Under the pieces are notes generated by a model. That model was not told the DNA's origin. It was given only the letters and a program-made list of their open reading frames with translations, and did no database searches. A stretch of DNA of 64,000 nucleotides. It comes from a virus (taxonomy: Duplodnaviria > Caudoviricetes). This document shows positions 27,625 through 38,342 of the stretch, piece by piece (the stretch's first letter is position 1; every line of letters starts with the position of its first letter). The stretch covers positions 96,001 through 160,000 of IMG/VR virus record IMGVR_UViG_2510065010_000001; one strand, written 5' to 3'. The position numbers were made by a program, and so were the translations under genes.

Positions 27625-29492
27625 CTTTTTTACCACTAGGATTTACGGAAATCTCCGATGAATATATAGCGCTCAATCCTCCACCTCCAATTACTGGATT
27701 GTCAGAGGACACAAACTTAACTAGTTTGCTGAGCCAAACTTACGTAGAGCTGCAAGAGGTTATACCAATTTCTTCAACTCCAGACAATTTGGCAGTTATT
27801 AACATTCAACCAGATACAAATTATCCGAAAGTAAACTCTACGGTCAGCGTTAAAGCTAGAGTTAGCGGAACAACATCTGGTTTGTTAGCCTTACGGATTC
27901 TTTCTCCAGCACCAGCTGTTTATGAAAACAGTTCGGCACCTGTTGTGCAGTGGCAAAATAATGTTTTAAGTAGTTTCCAATTTGTGGTCAAAGATACTGG
28001 ACTTATTCAATTAGTAGCCCACCCGGTTGAATCAAATGTAAATCTTCCGTTAGTAATTGCGTCCTCTGACTATCAAAGCCTTAGAAACAGAAGCAATCTG
28101 GTTACTCTTTTTGTTCAGCCAGCTTCCGACGACGCACAGCAAATTGTTGTTGCAGCCGAAGTTATTAACTCAAATCCTCTATATGATTTAGTTCCACAGT
28201 TGAGTGAGAACATCTTAAGAACGATTATCGTAGACCAAACTCTAGATTTAGCTCCAACAAATCCTCAACCTCATGGCTCACATGGAGTTGGTATCTACAA
28301 AGACGTTGGTATTCCGTCACCTCTAAGTGCCAACATGCACAAGAAAGTGCCGTCTGATAATCTACAAAAAATATTAGGTATGGCACTAGATCAACTTAAA
28401 CGGCTGGAAGGGTGGGCAAGAAAAGTACTTCACCATGTTCACTCAGATAAGAGCATTCTGCCTAACTCAGAACTAAATCTTTTATTAAATCTGTTGCCTG
28501 ATGAGCTTAAGTCTTCTATTGAGCGGTATGCAGAATTTGTTGAAGAGGCAGGCAAGTTAGCCAGTAGTGTTGCTCAAACTTACACACCTGATTATGCACA
28601 AGGCAACTCAATTTCGAAGACTAACGCGGTTGAACAACATAATGCAGGGCAGTTTAGAGTTCAAACTTCGAGTTTGTTTGACATTAACTCGCCTTCCTTC
28701 AATCTTGCTTCGCAGCAGGCAGTATTTCAAAACAGATTTGAGCATCATGTTGGTGATATTTATCAGGGAAGTCATATTCACGTCTTTGTTCGTGCAGAAG
28801 ATCAGCTTACTCAGATGAGTGCGAACGCCGTTCAATATACATCAGGAGACTTTGCACAGTACAGTTCCAACTCCCAACAAGTTGCAGGCTCCAGTGTTAA
28901 ATATCAGGACTCAGAATGGAGTCAAGTTGGTCAAACTTCTCAAACTCCTATTCACCCTCAGAATGCTGATCCGACTAAAGCAAACCAATATGGTAGTTCC
29001 ACTAAGTTAGTCAACAAGGACTACAAAGTAGCAACATCAACTGGTGAGATAGTTTTCAACAGCGGTACTCATACTCATATCCATGCAAAGCAGGGTTCTC
29101 TTAAACTTTCTTCTGCTACAGCTGATGTTCGTATTGATGCAGCAACTTCTATTACTCAAAAGGCTACTCAAAATATTCAGCTAAGTAGTACACAGAAAAC
29201 CTTAATAGGGGGTGGTGCTGTGCTTGTAACTGCCAGTAAAAACGTTATGGTTAGAGGCAAGTTGGTTTTAATCAACTCTGGTGGTAGTCTGAGTATTCCA
29301 GCACAATCACAACCCAAATTAATAACTGATCAACCAAAAGTGTTTTTGCCGATGACCGATCCAGCACCTTATAGTAAGGAAACTCCAGTCTCTCCTGGAC
29401 CGCTTGGACAAAACACTCCGAACACCCCAGAACCAAATAGCACTCCAGCCGGACCCGCTGATCTTGGTAAATATTTAACCAACTCCGATTAG
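27621..29492 (+). CDS. Baseplate spike-like protein with C-terminal gp5-type beta-helix repeats
   Basis: Roughly 8-residue strand repeats (GSLKLSSATADVRIDAATSITQKATQNIQLSS) ending GKLVLINSG. Confidence 0.55.
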   Translation: MTFLPLGFTEISDEYIALNPPPPITGLSEDTNLTSLLSQTYVELQEVIPISSTPDNLAVINIQPDTNYPKVNSTVSVKARVSGTTSGLLALRILSPAPAVYENSSAPVVQWQNNVLSSFQFVVKDTGLIQLVAHPVESNVNLPLVIASSDYQSLRNRSNLVTLFVQPASDDAQQIVVAAEVINSNPLYDLVPQLSENILRTIIVDQTLDLAPTNPQPHGSHGVGIYKDVGIPSPLSANMHKKVPSDNLQKILGMALDQLKRLEGWARKVLHHVHSDKSILPNSELNLLLNLLPDELKSSIERYAEFVEEAGKLASSVAQTYTPDYAQGNSISKTNAVEQHNAGQFRVQTSSLFDINSPSFNLASQQAVFQNRFEHHVGDIYQGSHIHVFVRAEDQLTQMSANAVQYTSGDFAQYSSNSQQVAGSSVKYQDSEWSQVGQTSQTPIHPQNADPTKANQYGSSTKLVNKDYKVATSTGEIVFNSGTHTHIHAKQGSLKLSSATADVRIDAATSITQKATQNIQLSSTQKTLIGGGAVLVTASKNVMVRGKLVLINSGGSLSIPAQSQPKLITDQPKVFLPMTDPAPYSKETPVSPGPLGQNTPNTPEPNSTPAGPADLGKYLTNSD

Positions 29493-29535
29493 CTGCTGAC
29501 TTTTTCTCCAATGTATATTACTGACAACTAGCATA

Positions 29536-30201
29536 ATGAGTTTTTTACCAGCGTATATTATTAACAACCCTTCATCGCAACGTTATCTCGTGAATAGTAT
29601 TGAAGGTTATGTTGTTTCTTTTATTTATGGGCAGGATGAAGTTCGTCCAGGTGTTCAAGTTCGATTTTTGAATGCAGCTCTAGAGTTGATTTCAACAGGA
29701 TTTGTTTATAAAGCTCAGAATAACGTAGCGTTCTCAGAAGCCTTCGAAGAACTTTCTCAATCTGCGTTAACAAGCATCAAATTTTGTGAGCTGGCGCGTG
29801 TCTGGAATGTTGCTATTCCCCAACCAACTCAACTTATAGACGATAATCAGCTGTTTGTAGCAACAACTGGACAAACTGCATTACTGAGATGTCGCTGCTT
29901 AACACCACCAGACCATACAGGTGGTCAGATTAGTTGGTCGCTATTTCGTGCTCCACTTGATGCTTCTACAGAGTATGTAGAAGCAATAAAGAGTCATGAT
30001 TATTTTTCTGTCAATTACGTCAGATTTCAAAAGCAGAATTATCTTTGGAAAGCTGGTGTTTATACAGTAATTGCACAGCGATATTCCAACAGAGGAAATA
30101 TATTGTCAGAAGATAGCAAGACTTGGACACTTAAACAGCCAACTAATCGTATATCGTGCGGAGAGTACGACGATCCACTATCTTCTATTAACCTTCTGTG
30201 A
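29536..30201 (+). CDS. Hypothetical baseplate-cluster protein
   Basis: ORF within the operon; beta-rich C-terminal half. Confidence 0.55.
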   Translation: MSFLPAYIINNPSSQRYLVNSIEGYVVSFIYGQDEVRPGVQVRFLNAALELISTGFVYKAQNNVAFSEAFEELSQSALTSIKFCELARVWNVAIPQPTQLIDDNQLFVATTGQTALLRCRCLTPPDHTGGQISWSLFRAPLDASTEYVEAIKSHDYFSVNYVRFQKQNYLWKAGVYTVIAQRYSNRGNILSEDSKTWTLKQPTNRISCGEYDDPLSSINLL

Positions 30202-30659
30202 ACGACTTAATTTACCGTCGCCACCCGAATTTTGAACGTTCTGTGGAGTTAACAGGTACAGACTTAGCTATTAAGGCTAAGGAAGACCTTGTTACTCAAC
30301 AAGGTGATGCTGCGACAATCTCAGGGGTAGACCTAATTGTTGAGTCTCTACTTCGGCGGTTAAATACACCAACAAATGGTTACAGACGATGGGTTCGCAC
30401 ACCAGATGGAATGGAGGTAGTTGACAGCTCTTATGGTAATAGAGCTTTTGACTATCTTTCTTCTCCTACTACACCTGCAACGATTGCAGAGATAGAACGC
30501 GCTTTTAAGGAAACAGTAGAAGCAGAACCTCAAGTTGAGCTGGTGAGCATAAAAGTCAAACAAGCTGCTAATTTCACAGATATTGATGTAGTTATTAATT
30601 ACCGTATTTTATCTGAGCAAGAACTCAGAGCTTTATCTATTACGTTAAATCCCGCTTAG
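30198..30659 (+). CDS. Baseplate wedge/sheath initiator (gp25/gpW-like)
   Basis: GD...SGVD...SLLRRLNTP...YG...EPQV pattern; precedes baseplate J. Confidence 0.8.
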   Translation: MNDLIYRRHPNFERSVELTGTDLAIKAKEDLVTQQGDAATISGVDLIVESLLRRLNTPTNGYRRWVRTPDGMEVVDSSYGNRAFDYLSSPTTPATIAEIERAFKETVEAEPQVELVSIKVKQAANFTDIDVVINYRILSEQELRALSITLNPA

Positions 30660-30660
30660 T

Positions 30661-31746
30661 ATGGTTCAACCCAGAACACTAACTGAAATCCAGCAAGAAT
30701 TTTTTCAGGCTTTGTTGTCTCAAAGCACTGCACTCAATGATGTGCGTCAAGGTTCTATACTTTTTAGTTTGAGTAGAGCGCTTTCAGCTATTCAGGTGCA
30801 GTCAGACCTACAACTATCTGAGCTGGCAAACGACTACTTTCTAAACACGGCAAGAGGTTCTACTTTAGATCTTAGAGCTTCTGACTTTGGCATCACTAGA
30901 AAATCAGGTGTTGCAGCGACAGGGTTTGTCTTAGTTATTAGTAGAACTGAAGGTTTTACCTTACAACCAAACACAATCCTGACTGATCCAATTACCAGCT
31001 TACAATTTGAAGTAACTGCTGCTACAGCTATTCCAGTTAGTGCTTTTACCGAAGTTAAAGTACCCATAAAGGCAACACTTGCGGGAGTTTCTGGAAACGT
31101 AGAGGCAGGTACAAGACTAATTTCACCTGTGTACCCGCAAGGACTATTTACGATCGGGTCGCACAGAACAAGTGCTGGCTCTCCTTGTGGCGACTTACAA
31201 AATGGTACAAATGAGGAAACTGATGAAGAACTTCGTCGTCGTGTTCAAGTAAATCTTTTACATTCTCGTTCTACGACGGAACAGGCAATTCGCAATGCTC
31301 TTTTAGCTGAAATAACTGTCCCTTGGGTTTCATTGCGTTATCCAAAACCAGGCATTATTCAAATTTGGGTTGATAATCCATCTTCCTTACCTGCTTCTGA
31401 GTTGGAACGTTTAAGACAGATAGTATTGCCATTACGTCCTGCAGGAATCCCAGTTGTAACCGCTCATCAGGCAACTAGATTACTAACAGATATAAGTATT
31501 CAGGTTTACCCAGAAAAGACTACAAATTTACAGGAATTGACTGGAAAACTTCAAGGGATAGTTAGTAATTATTTGTTAAAGCTATCACTTGGGCAGACCT
31601 TTAGAAAACAGGTTTTATTAGATGAATTAACTAGAACACTAGGGATTCTTAGTCTTGTGCTAACAAAACCGACGTTTGACGTAGTACCGCAAGCATTAGA
31701 AGTTGTAAGAGCTTCCAAAATTTTGGTGACTTATGAAACGCAATAA
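30661..31746 (+). CDS. Baseplate J-like wedge protein
   Basis: TARGSTLD..FGITRK..AATG, GVSGNV and GTNEETDEELRRR are gpJ/gp47 motifs. Confidence 0.9.
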   Translation: MVQPRTLTEIQQEFFQALLSQSTALNDVRQGSILFSLSRALSAIQVQSDLQLSELANDYFLNTARGSTLDLRASDFGITRKSGVAATGFVLVISRTEGFTLQPNTILTDPITSLQFEVTAATAIPVSAFTEVKVPIKATLAGVSGNVEAGTRLISPVYPQGLFTIGSHRTSAGSPCGDLQNGTNEETDEELRRRVQVNLLHSRSTTEQAIRNALLAEITVPWVSLRYPKPGIIQIWVDNPSSLPASELERLRQIVLPLRPAGIPVVTAHQATRLLTDISIQVYPEKTTNLQELTGKLQGIVSNYLLKLSLGQTFRKQVLLDELTRTLGILSLVLTKPTFDVVPQALEVVRASKILVTYETQ

Positions 31747-31751
31747 ATAAA

Positions 31752-34268
31752 ATGGTCGAGTCCTTTTACCCATTCTTCTTTACGCATCTAACGCAGTTTG
31801 TTAATTATCAACAAGGTGTGCAGACTTGGATCGACCCAATGCGTCCAGTCAGTTTTTTTCGCCCTGAGTCAGCTGAACAGAATAACGTATACTTCCTAAT
31901 TTCTGGGTTTCAACCTCAAGGTACGATCGCCATAGAGGTTGATAATGGGCAGTACCTTTTAGATACATCCTCAAGTCTTACAATTGACACAGCTTTAACA
32001 GTTGATTGTACAGTTCAAGACATCTCTGGGTTTAGCTCTGAGCTTAAAACTCCGATTACTTCTTCAAGTCTAACTAGGGAGTATAAACTGGACTGGCTAA
32101 ATCAGCACATTACGAGAAGTTACCCGGAAACTTTTTTTGCCCAGGTACTGGAGGGGGTTTACCCTTTTCAAAAAGTTTCAACTCAGAAATATACTATCAA
32201 CCCTGTACTCGTCGAACCACTGGAGTATCGCAAGGACTTAACCAGCGGTGATGAAATGCTTTATGAATCTCTTACAGTGGATAACTCATTGATTACGATC
32301 GATGCAACTCATATTCCAAACGATTTAGCAAATGGGTTATTAACTACTGACAGAACTGGGTTTTATGTACAAGCTGCTCCTGGACAGGCAGTTTTGGATG
32401 CATCTCCAAACGACTCAGAAGTGAGTCGAGTACTTGTCTCAGGAGTTGCTGACGGTAACGTTATCGTTTCGTGGAAGGTAGGAGATTTATTAACCAGCCA
32501 AATTTATTATCCAGCACTAGGACGAGGATTTTTACCTGCGTCAAATCTCGATTTAGATATGAAAGGAGCAACGCTTCACGAAATTGCACTTTCTATTCTC
32601 AGTTTAATCTCTCAAAGAGATGAAGTATTACTACTCTCTGCCTTGACAGAACTTTCTTATATCTGGTCTTCTGTCCTAAATAATATAAAAGACGGTCAAG
32701 CTAACTCTGAGGTTACACCTGGATTACCTTCTTTTCTTCCAAGAATGATACCGAGTGTTAAACCTATTCAATTAGAAAGGTCTACATTACAACAAGCTTG
32801 GATAGGTTATGCAATTACAAAAGCAGTCGCCTATCTACGGTCTAGACCAATCGCATCAATTATTAAACTACCAACGTGGTTACCGGAATTACTTAACCAA
32901 CTCGCAGCCGTTGTTTCTAGCGCGATTGACCCAGCAACAGGCATAACCTTTCAAGGTTTTGATGAGTTTGGATACTTAATAGACCAGGCTGATCTATCTG
33001 CTGCAGTTGTAGCAGAGATGTTTTTGCAAGAATATCTGTCGATAAAGTATGACGCTAAAGTGCATAGAGTTACAGCTCGTGCTCATGTGCATTTATTAAA
33101 AAACAACACAGTTCATCTTGAAGATGGTACGTCTGAACACTTAGCACCGCTCTATAAACTGTTTTGGAATGTCATCCATAACCGCCATTCGGATAGTGAC
33201 GTTCTGGTTAGTCAGATTCACACGTATACTCAGACAACTAAACTAAATGATTTCCAGGCAGGATTGTGGAAATTTGTTGTATCCAGGTTGCCTGTTATTT
33301 ATGAGCAACTAAATTACGAAAGTATTAATACACCTTTTGTTCAGATAGGAACAGGACTTTATGAACGGCGCAAAGTTGGAGGTATTCAAGATAAGATACC
33401 TGCGTTAGTTGCTTCAAGTTGGTCTTTGCTTTTAAGAGCAGAAGGGGAGATTGTTCTTAACGAAGAAGGTGAAGTACAGGTTAATGCTGAAGGAGAGATT
33501 TTACTAACAAATCAAACAAGTGCAAGCCTTTTACCTTCAAGAACATTTTCCTTAGGTGCTTTAGATGCTTTAGGATTTGAGTCTTTGGTTTTAGCAGAAG
33601 CTCAGAGAATGATGCCGTTTGGGTATCGCTGGGCATCCGAAGAAGCAAGTACCACCGGGCGTATTGGTGCTTTGTTAAAGGCAAGCGCTGAACTTGCCTT
33701 TGGTTGGTATTTGCAATACCGAGAACTTTTGCTCGGTCAGTACCTTACTCAAGCTCAAGGTGACCCACTTGACCAGTGGGCACAATTATTAAACTACGAC
33801 AGACCCCCTCTTCAGCCGGATAGCTACTTAAAAGAGCAATTACTTCCGTTGTTAAGAAACAACCGGACAACAATTTCTAATTTAATAAGTCTTGCAGATA
33901 AATACGGTGTTAGAGCTACCTATATTGAACCTGTTCCAATCAAAGCTCTGATTAATTCACAAGAGTTAAGTTGGGAGAGTTTAACACCTGAGCAGATAGA
34001 CCAACTTGATGAAACAAATGAATTTGTTGTTCCAAGAGATTTATATCCATCAAGTGTGCGGTTGGAACAAGGTAACAATTACCTTGTTGTTTGGGAAGCT
34101 GTAGTTCCATCTATTGTTATTTATAGTCAGGAAGTTTCTCCAGAATTTACAACCGAAGTTATAGACAGCGTTCCGGCCTCCGTGCCTATTCGAATATACG
34201 CACGGTTGCATCATGAGAATGTTGTTCAAACAAGTGCTAGTGCAAGTACGAGGAGGATAACTGGATGA
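31752..34268 (+). CDS. Large baseplate wedge protein with a C-terminal gpI/gp48-like domain
   Basis: QAQGDPLDQWAQLLNYDR..DSYLKEQL and C-terminal VPASV; follows gpJ; long N-terminal extension. Confidence 0.6.
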   Translation: MVESFYPFFFTHLTQFVNYQQGVQTWIDPMRPVSFFRPESAEQNNVYFLISGFQPQGTIAIEVDNGQYLLDTSSSLTIDTALTVDCTVQDISGFSSELKTPITSSSLTREYKLDWLNQHITRSYPETFFAQVLEGVYPFQKVSTQKYTINPVLVEPLEYRKDLTSGDEMLYESLTVDNSLITIDATHIPNDLANGLLTTDRTGFYVQAAPGQAVLDASPNDSEVSRVLVSGVADGNVIVSWKVGDLLTSQIYYPALGRGFLPASNLDLDMKGATLHEIALSILSLISQRDEVLLLSALTELSYIWSSVLNNIKDGQANSEVTPGLPSFLPRMIPSVKPIQLERSTLQQAWIGYAITKAVAYLRSRPIASIIKLPTWLPELLNQLAAVVSSAIDPATGITFQGFDEFGYLIDQADLSAAVVAEMFLQEYLSIKYDAKVHRVTARAHVHLLKNNTVHLEDGTSEHLAPLYKLFWNVIHNRHSDSDVLVSQIHTYTQTTKLNDFQAGLWKFVVSRLPVIYEQLNYESINTPFVQIGTGLYERRKVGGIQDKIPALVASSWSLLLRAEGEIVLNEEGEVQVNAEGEILLTNQTSASLLPSRTFSLGALDALGFESLVLAEAQRMMPFGYRWASEEASTTGRIGALLKASAELAFGWYLQYRELLLGQYLTQAQGDPLDQWAQLLNYDRPPLQPDSYLKEQLLPLLRNNRTTISNLISLADKYGVRATYIEPVPIKALINSQELSWESLTPEQIDQLDETNEFVVPRDLYPSSVRLEQGNNYLVVWEAVVPSIVIYSQEVSPEFTTEVIDSVPASVPIRIYARLHHENVVQTSASASTRRITG

Positions 34269-34810
34269 CAGAGTATAGCGCAACAACTTTTCAAGCGCGT
34301 TGTCGTTTGGCAGCATCTTATGTCGATCGTTATCTCGCTGACCCCAAATCTTATTGGGTTGCAATCGGTAAAGCGTCACCCTGGTTGGACGAGAACAATC
34401 CACCCTATCCAGCGATCACTGTAAATAGAGTGCCAGAACTAATTGGGTTTGTTTATGTGCATACGTGTAAATCCGTGTATGAGACGGATATAGGGATTAT
34501 TAAAACTCTCGATAAAAACTACGAACCTGTAAATAGTACTAACCCAAATCTGTTGGCTAGCGCCAAAGCAAACAAGCTTTATTTCGAAGCAATACTTCCA
34601 CATGAGGCTACTCCTCTTAGCTCAACTTATAGGATTAAAGCTCTATGCACAAACGTTGTATTTGCAAATACTCCAAACATTGTCGGTCCTGAACTGTTTA
34701 TCTCAGGCAGCGAAGTCCTGGACTATTTTGTAGATTGGATTGTCCACCACAAGGCTGTAGAGAATGATGGGCAGACAAACCAAGTTGTTCAGATTATCCG
34801 GGAGTTTTAG
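34265..34810 (+). CDS. Baseplate wedge protein (T4 gp8-like)
   Basis: YWVAIGKASPWLDENNPPxP motif and terminal QIIREF. Confidence 0.65.
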   Translation: MTEYSATTFQARCRLAASYVDRYLADPKSYWVAIGKASPWLDENNPPYPAITVNRVPELIGFVYVHTCKSVYETDIGIIKTLDKNYEPVNSTNPNLLASAKANKLYFEAILPHEATPLSSTYRIKALCTNVVFANTPNIVGPELFISGSEVLDYFVDWIVHHKAVENDGQTNQVVQIIREF

Positions 34811-35761
34811 ATGACAACTAGCGGATACCTACAAGGACAAGCCTCTATTAGTACAACTCAGAAGATTACAGATTTGCGTACTTCTGACCAAGCTACGGCT
34901 GGGTTAAGTGCTTCTGTAATTCCCCCAGGTGATGGACAAGCTCAAGTTTTGCCTAATCCAAATACTTACCAAATTTACGGTGCACAGCCGTTACCTCAGT
35001 TTTCTTTTACTAGCTTTTCAGATGAAGCTGGTAGAACCTTATTTGGTATACCACAGTCTATAACAACTCCAAACACGAACACGGTCAACTTAGGAGAAGA
35101 AGGTACTATCTCCACAGTTCGAGCGACACGTTTTGAAATTCGCTACACAAACGTTAACGGATCTAGTCAACTTTACCTCTTTAGTCTTCCACCAGCCATT
35201 GAAACAAACTTACGTTCAAATACAGCAGGTGCGTCTGTACCAGAAGTAAAACCAGGAATTTTGATAAGAACCAGTATGAACTACAAACGGTTTTTACTGC
35301 CTGGTGGTTCCCCCGCGTACCAGTCATTAGGGGTTGAACAAACAATGATCCAATTGGTTGGATTGTTTATCGGAGTAGAAGGGAACTTCTATGTAGCACC
35401 AGGGCAAGTACTTTATGGAAAATTTGCTGATACATTGAAGCTCAACTCGGCATACCAAACTGCACGACGTTTTGACGAGGAAGTTGTACAGTCTGCACGA
35501 GAAGTTGACCTTTTTATTAATTCTGAATCGCCACAAGGACTAACGCCTATTAGTATTAACTATAGGTGCATTCTCAGAAGTATGAGATTGTTTGTCGCAA
35601 GACATGACCGAGTTTATTACGCACTAGATGCAGAAGTTACTACATTTAAGACAAATAGAATTTCTCCTATTAATCCAACCATTAATTCAATTGGTAGTGC
35701 AGTTTCTTCTATAACTCAAAGACCATCCACTAGCCCACAATCAAATCCTGCTAAACCATGA
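34811..35761 (+). CDS. Tail/baseplate structural protein (possibly tube-initiator fold)
   Basis: LPGGSPAYQSLGVE..IQLVGLF pattern resembles tube-fold baseplate proteins; operon context. Confidence 0.4.
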   Translation: MTTSGYLQGQASISTTQKITDLRTSDQATAGLSASVIPPGDGQAQVLPNPNTYQIYGAQPLPQFSFTSFSDEAGRTLFGIPQSITTPNTNTVNLGEEGTISTVRATRFEIRYTNVNGSSQLYLFSLPPAIETNLRSNTAGASVPEVKPGILIRTSMNYKRFLLPGGSPAYQSLGVEQTMIQLVGLFIGVEGNFYVAPGQVLYGKFADTLKLNSAYQTARRFDEEVVQSAREVDLFINSESPQGLTPISINYRCILRSMRLFVARHDRVYYALDAEVTTFKTNRISPINPTINSIGSAVSSITQRPSTSPQSNPAKP

Positions 35762-37185
35762 CTCGTTTATCCGAACAAGCTCTTAAGTATTTAGACCAAT
35801 TCGCAGCACAATTTGGTGGAGCATCTGAAGTTCTTTCTTTACTACCAGATGTAGACCTTGAAAAGCTTTTAACTTTTCCTGGCAAAGTTTTTATTACAAA
35901 ACCTTGGTCGGCAGCTATCGATCTAAGAGAGCTTGGCTATGTTGAGGGTACACCATACTCTCTTCTAGATAATCAACTTAAACTTATTAAAACAGATTAT
36001 TCTGAAGATGGTTATTTTGGTGGAAAAGAAGAAGACCAACAAATTTTATTAAATGCTCAACATGCTTCGTTTTTGTATTTGCAGTTTTTGGATCAGTTAG
36101 TACTGCTTTGGGTCTGTAATCGTCTATCTCAGACCCAGTTAAAACAGCAGATTAACCAGTGGCAAAAACAAGCTAGTTTGTTTAATGAAGTACTTTCAAC
36201 ATATGAGTTGTTTTTGCAGACAAACTTTCTTCTATCCACTGACGTTATTCAAATAACACACGTCCCGGCTACATGGTCCGAACGATACACTATCCAGGAG
36301 TTGCGAAATCATCCAAATAAAGATGTTTCGGAACACAAAGGGTCAGATGAAATTATCAGCATATATTTCCAGAACTCTGGTTGGTATTTATTTGAAGTGA
36401 TTCGTGGTTCAACTAGGTCAACACTTATCCTAGATGAGTTACAGGGTGTTGGAGTTAATAAAGTTAGAAGTGCACATACTGGGGCATACTTTGTTGCCTT
36501 AACAGGAAGAGAGCAGACAACAGCTGCAAGTTCTTCTATCGTACAGTTACCATCTAAAACCTATGGGATACAAGGTGTGGAACCTTTTATTAGGTTGGAG
36601 GGAGTTCTTAAGTTCCGAGAACCTGAACTTTGCTTAGGTAAGACAACGGTTGTAGCAACTGCAAACGTTATGCGTCGAATGCTGCCAGCGACTTCTACAG
36701 GTAAGGCTACGGTCCAAGCTTCGCTTGCCGTTTCAATGGATGGCATAGCTACTGGAGTAGCGACCCCATCAACACGTTTACCTTTACCTTTAGAATCGGA
36801 GCGTTTAGTTGTAATAGGTGCTGCAGTTATTAACCCAACCGATAATGTTCGTTATTGTTCTGCAGATGGGAGAGCTACTGGCATTGCTTTAGCATCCGTT
36901 AACGGGTCAGCCTCCGATGATGAAGAAGCAATAGGAGAAGCTGAGGCTACTGCTGATATTGGCATTATTAAAAGCATAAATACTCTACAAACTCCTACTT
37001 ATCAAATTGACCCTCTAGAGTTAATCCCTTTGACGTATGACTTACCTGCAACGATGGACCCTCTAGAACGGGTATGGTTCAGTGTTGAGTACAAGCCTTA
37101 TACTTTCGTGAATGCAGATGATGTTGTGGATGAACCAATAGCTACAGGTGTTGCTTTTAGCAATGCAGAAATAACCATAATCTAA
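35758..37185 (+). CDS. Hypothetical virion protein
   Basis: Coupled ORF; C-terminal A/T/G-rich beta repeats. Confidence 0.5.
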   Translation: MTRLSEQALKYLDQFAAQFGGASEVLSLLPDVDLEKLLTFPGKVFITKPWSAAIDLRELGYVEGTPYSLLDNQLKLIKTDYSEDGYFGGKEEDQQILLNAQHASFLYLQFLDQLVLLWVCNRLSQTQLKQQINQWQKQASLFNEVLSTYELFLQTNFLLSTDVIQITHVPATWSERYTIQELRNHPNKDVSEHKGSDEIISIYFQNSGWYLFEVIRGSTRSTLILDELQGVGVNKVRSAHTGAYFVALTGREQTTAASSSIVQLPSKTYGIQGVEPFIRLEGVLKFREPELCLGKTTVVATANVMRRMLPATSTGKATVQASLAVSMDGIATGVATPSTRLPLPLESERLVVIGAAVINPTDNVRYCSADGRATGIALASVNGSASDDEEAIGEAEATADIGIIKSINTLQTPTYQIDPLELIPLTYDLPATMDPLERVWFSVEYKPYTFVNADDVVDEPIATGVAFSNAEITII

Positions 37186-37194
37186 CAGATATAA

Positions 37195-37229
37195 ATGAGC
37201 ACATACACGGTCAAGTAAGTCTCTACGCT
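37195..37229 (+). promoter_or_regulatory. Putative late promoter (ATGAGC-N8-GGTCAA-N9-TACGCT)
   Basis: Dyad plus -10-like hexamer; shares ACATAC and TACGCT with the 56665 copy; about 26 nt before ATG 37255. Confidence 0.65.
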
Positions 37230-37254
37230 AAAGCTGAAACTATAAGACCAGTGT

Positions 37255-37641
37255 ATGAGTGCTAAGTCTGATATTCTTGAAACAGAAATTATTAACCATT
37301 ACTTCGGTGGAAGTGGAGCACCGCAGCCAACTCAATGGTGGTTAGCCATCTATAGTAGTGATCCGACGGATGCGATTACTGCAACAGTACCGACGGCTAT
37401 TACCACACGTCTTGAAATTGATGGCTGGACTAGAAATGCGAATGAAGCCGTAAACACAAATAACTTACAGTTTCCTCCAGTACCCACCGGACAAACATGG
37501 ACTGTCACACACTTTGCGATCTTCAACGCAATAACAGGGGGTAAGCCTCTATACCACAGCCCTTTTCGTATAGCAAAAACTTTACAGGAAGGCGACATTC
37601 TGTTTATTGCTGCGGGACAACTTGCTATCCGGGAGACATAA
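37255..37641 (+). CDS. Small conserved phage tail/virion structural protein
   Basis: LExxIINH..LAIYSSDP..F...TVTHFAIF.A.TGG..Y...GD...G.L.I pattern common in tail modules. Confidence 0.7.
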   Translation: MSAKSDILETEIINHYFGGSGAPQPTQWWLAIYSSDPTDAITATVPTAITTRLEIDGWTRNANEAVNTNNLQFPPVPTGQTWTVTHFAIFNAITGGKPLYHSPFRIAKTLQEGDILFIAAGQLAIRET

Positions 37642-37642
37642 A

Positions 37643-38341
37643 ATGTCTAGTGTTGTCCCATCTATTGTTTTAGGAGATCCCTTAACTGGACAAAGCGGGG
37701 ATAACCTTTACCAGTGTTTTGGTAAGTTTAATGTCCACACACACAGAAACAGTGCAAGTGTAGTGGCATTGCTTCAAGATGTTTCTCCAGGAGATGCAGT
37801 ACAAACAGTCTCAGATTGTTTGCCCAACGCATTTCCCGCTGGAACAACTGTCTCCAGTATTTCTCGTACAACAATTACGGTAAGTCAAAACGCGACTAGA
37901 TCTGCTCAGGGTTGCAAGCTTCAAGTTGGCACCAAAGTTTTAGAACATGCCAATATCGCGCTAGATTCAAACGCTATAACGTTTAATCATTTCAGTGGTT
38001 TTGTACCCGGCGAGTATTTATCAGGACTTCATTCGAAACCTTTAAGCGGGTTAATAAACACAGCAAACTTAACATACCCTCTTTTGTGTAAAGTTCCCTG
38101 GAAAGGAATTCTAGACAGACTTGTTCTTAGAAACTTGAACGGTTCGAGTACTGTTGAACTTTTAATAAACACTCGTCAAGTAGCGATCGCAAACGTTACG
38201 ACCAATTACACTCAGATAGATTTCTTAGATACCGGAACAAACCGAACAGTGTTTGCTTCCGGGGATGATTTGTTTTTAAGAGTCACTAACGCCACTGGTA
38301 GTCCAAATCTTCATTACAGCTTGTATTTGCTGACTCTTTAA
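37643..38341 (+). CDS. Virion/fibre-associated protein
   Basis: FPAGTTVSSI..TITVSQNAT small beta-domain motif; ATG 37643 with upstream GGGAG is preferred over 37607. Confidence 0.55.
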   Translation: MSSVVPSIVLGDPLTGQSGDNLYQCFGKFNVHTHRNSASVVALLQDVSPGDAVQTVSDCLPNAFPAGTTVSSISRTTITVSQNATRSAQGCKLQVGTKVLEHANIALDSNAITFNHFSGFVPGEYLSGLHSKPLSGLINTANLTYPLLCKVPWKGILDRLVLRNLNGSSTVELLINTRQVAIANVTTNYTQIDFLDTGTNRTVFASGDDLFLRVTNATGSPNLHYSLYLLTL

Positions 38342-38342
38342 C

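Noticed and set aside
17371-35761. Tailocin, eCIS or T6SS interpretation of the sheath, tube and baseplate genes
   Set aside because: Portal, protease, capsid and terminase genes are present and intact, so this is a complete tailed phage.
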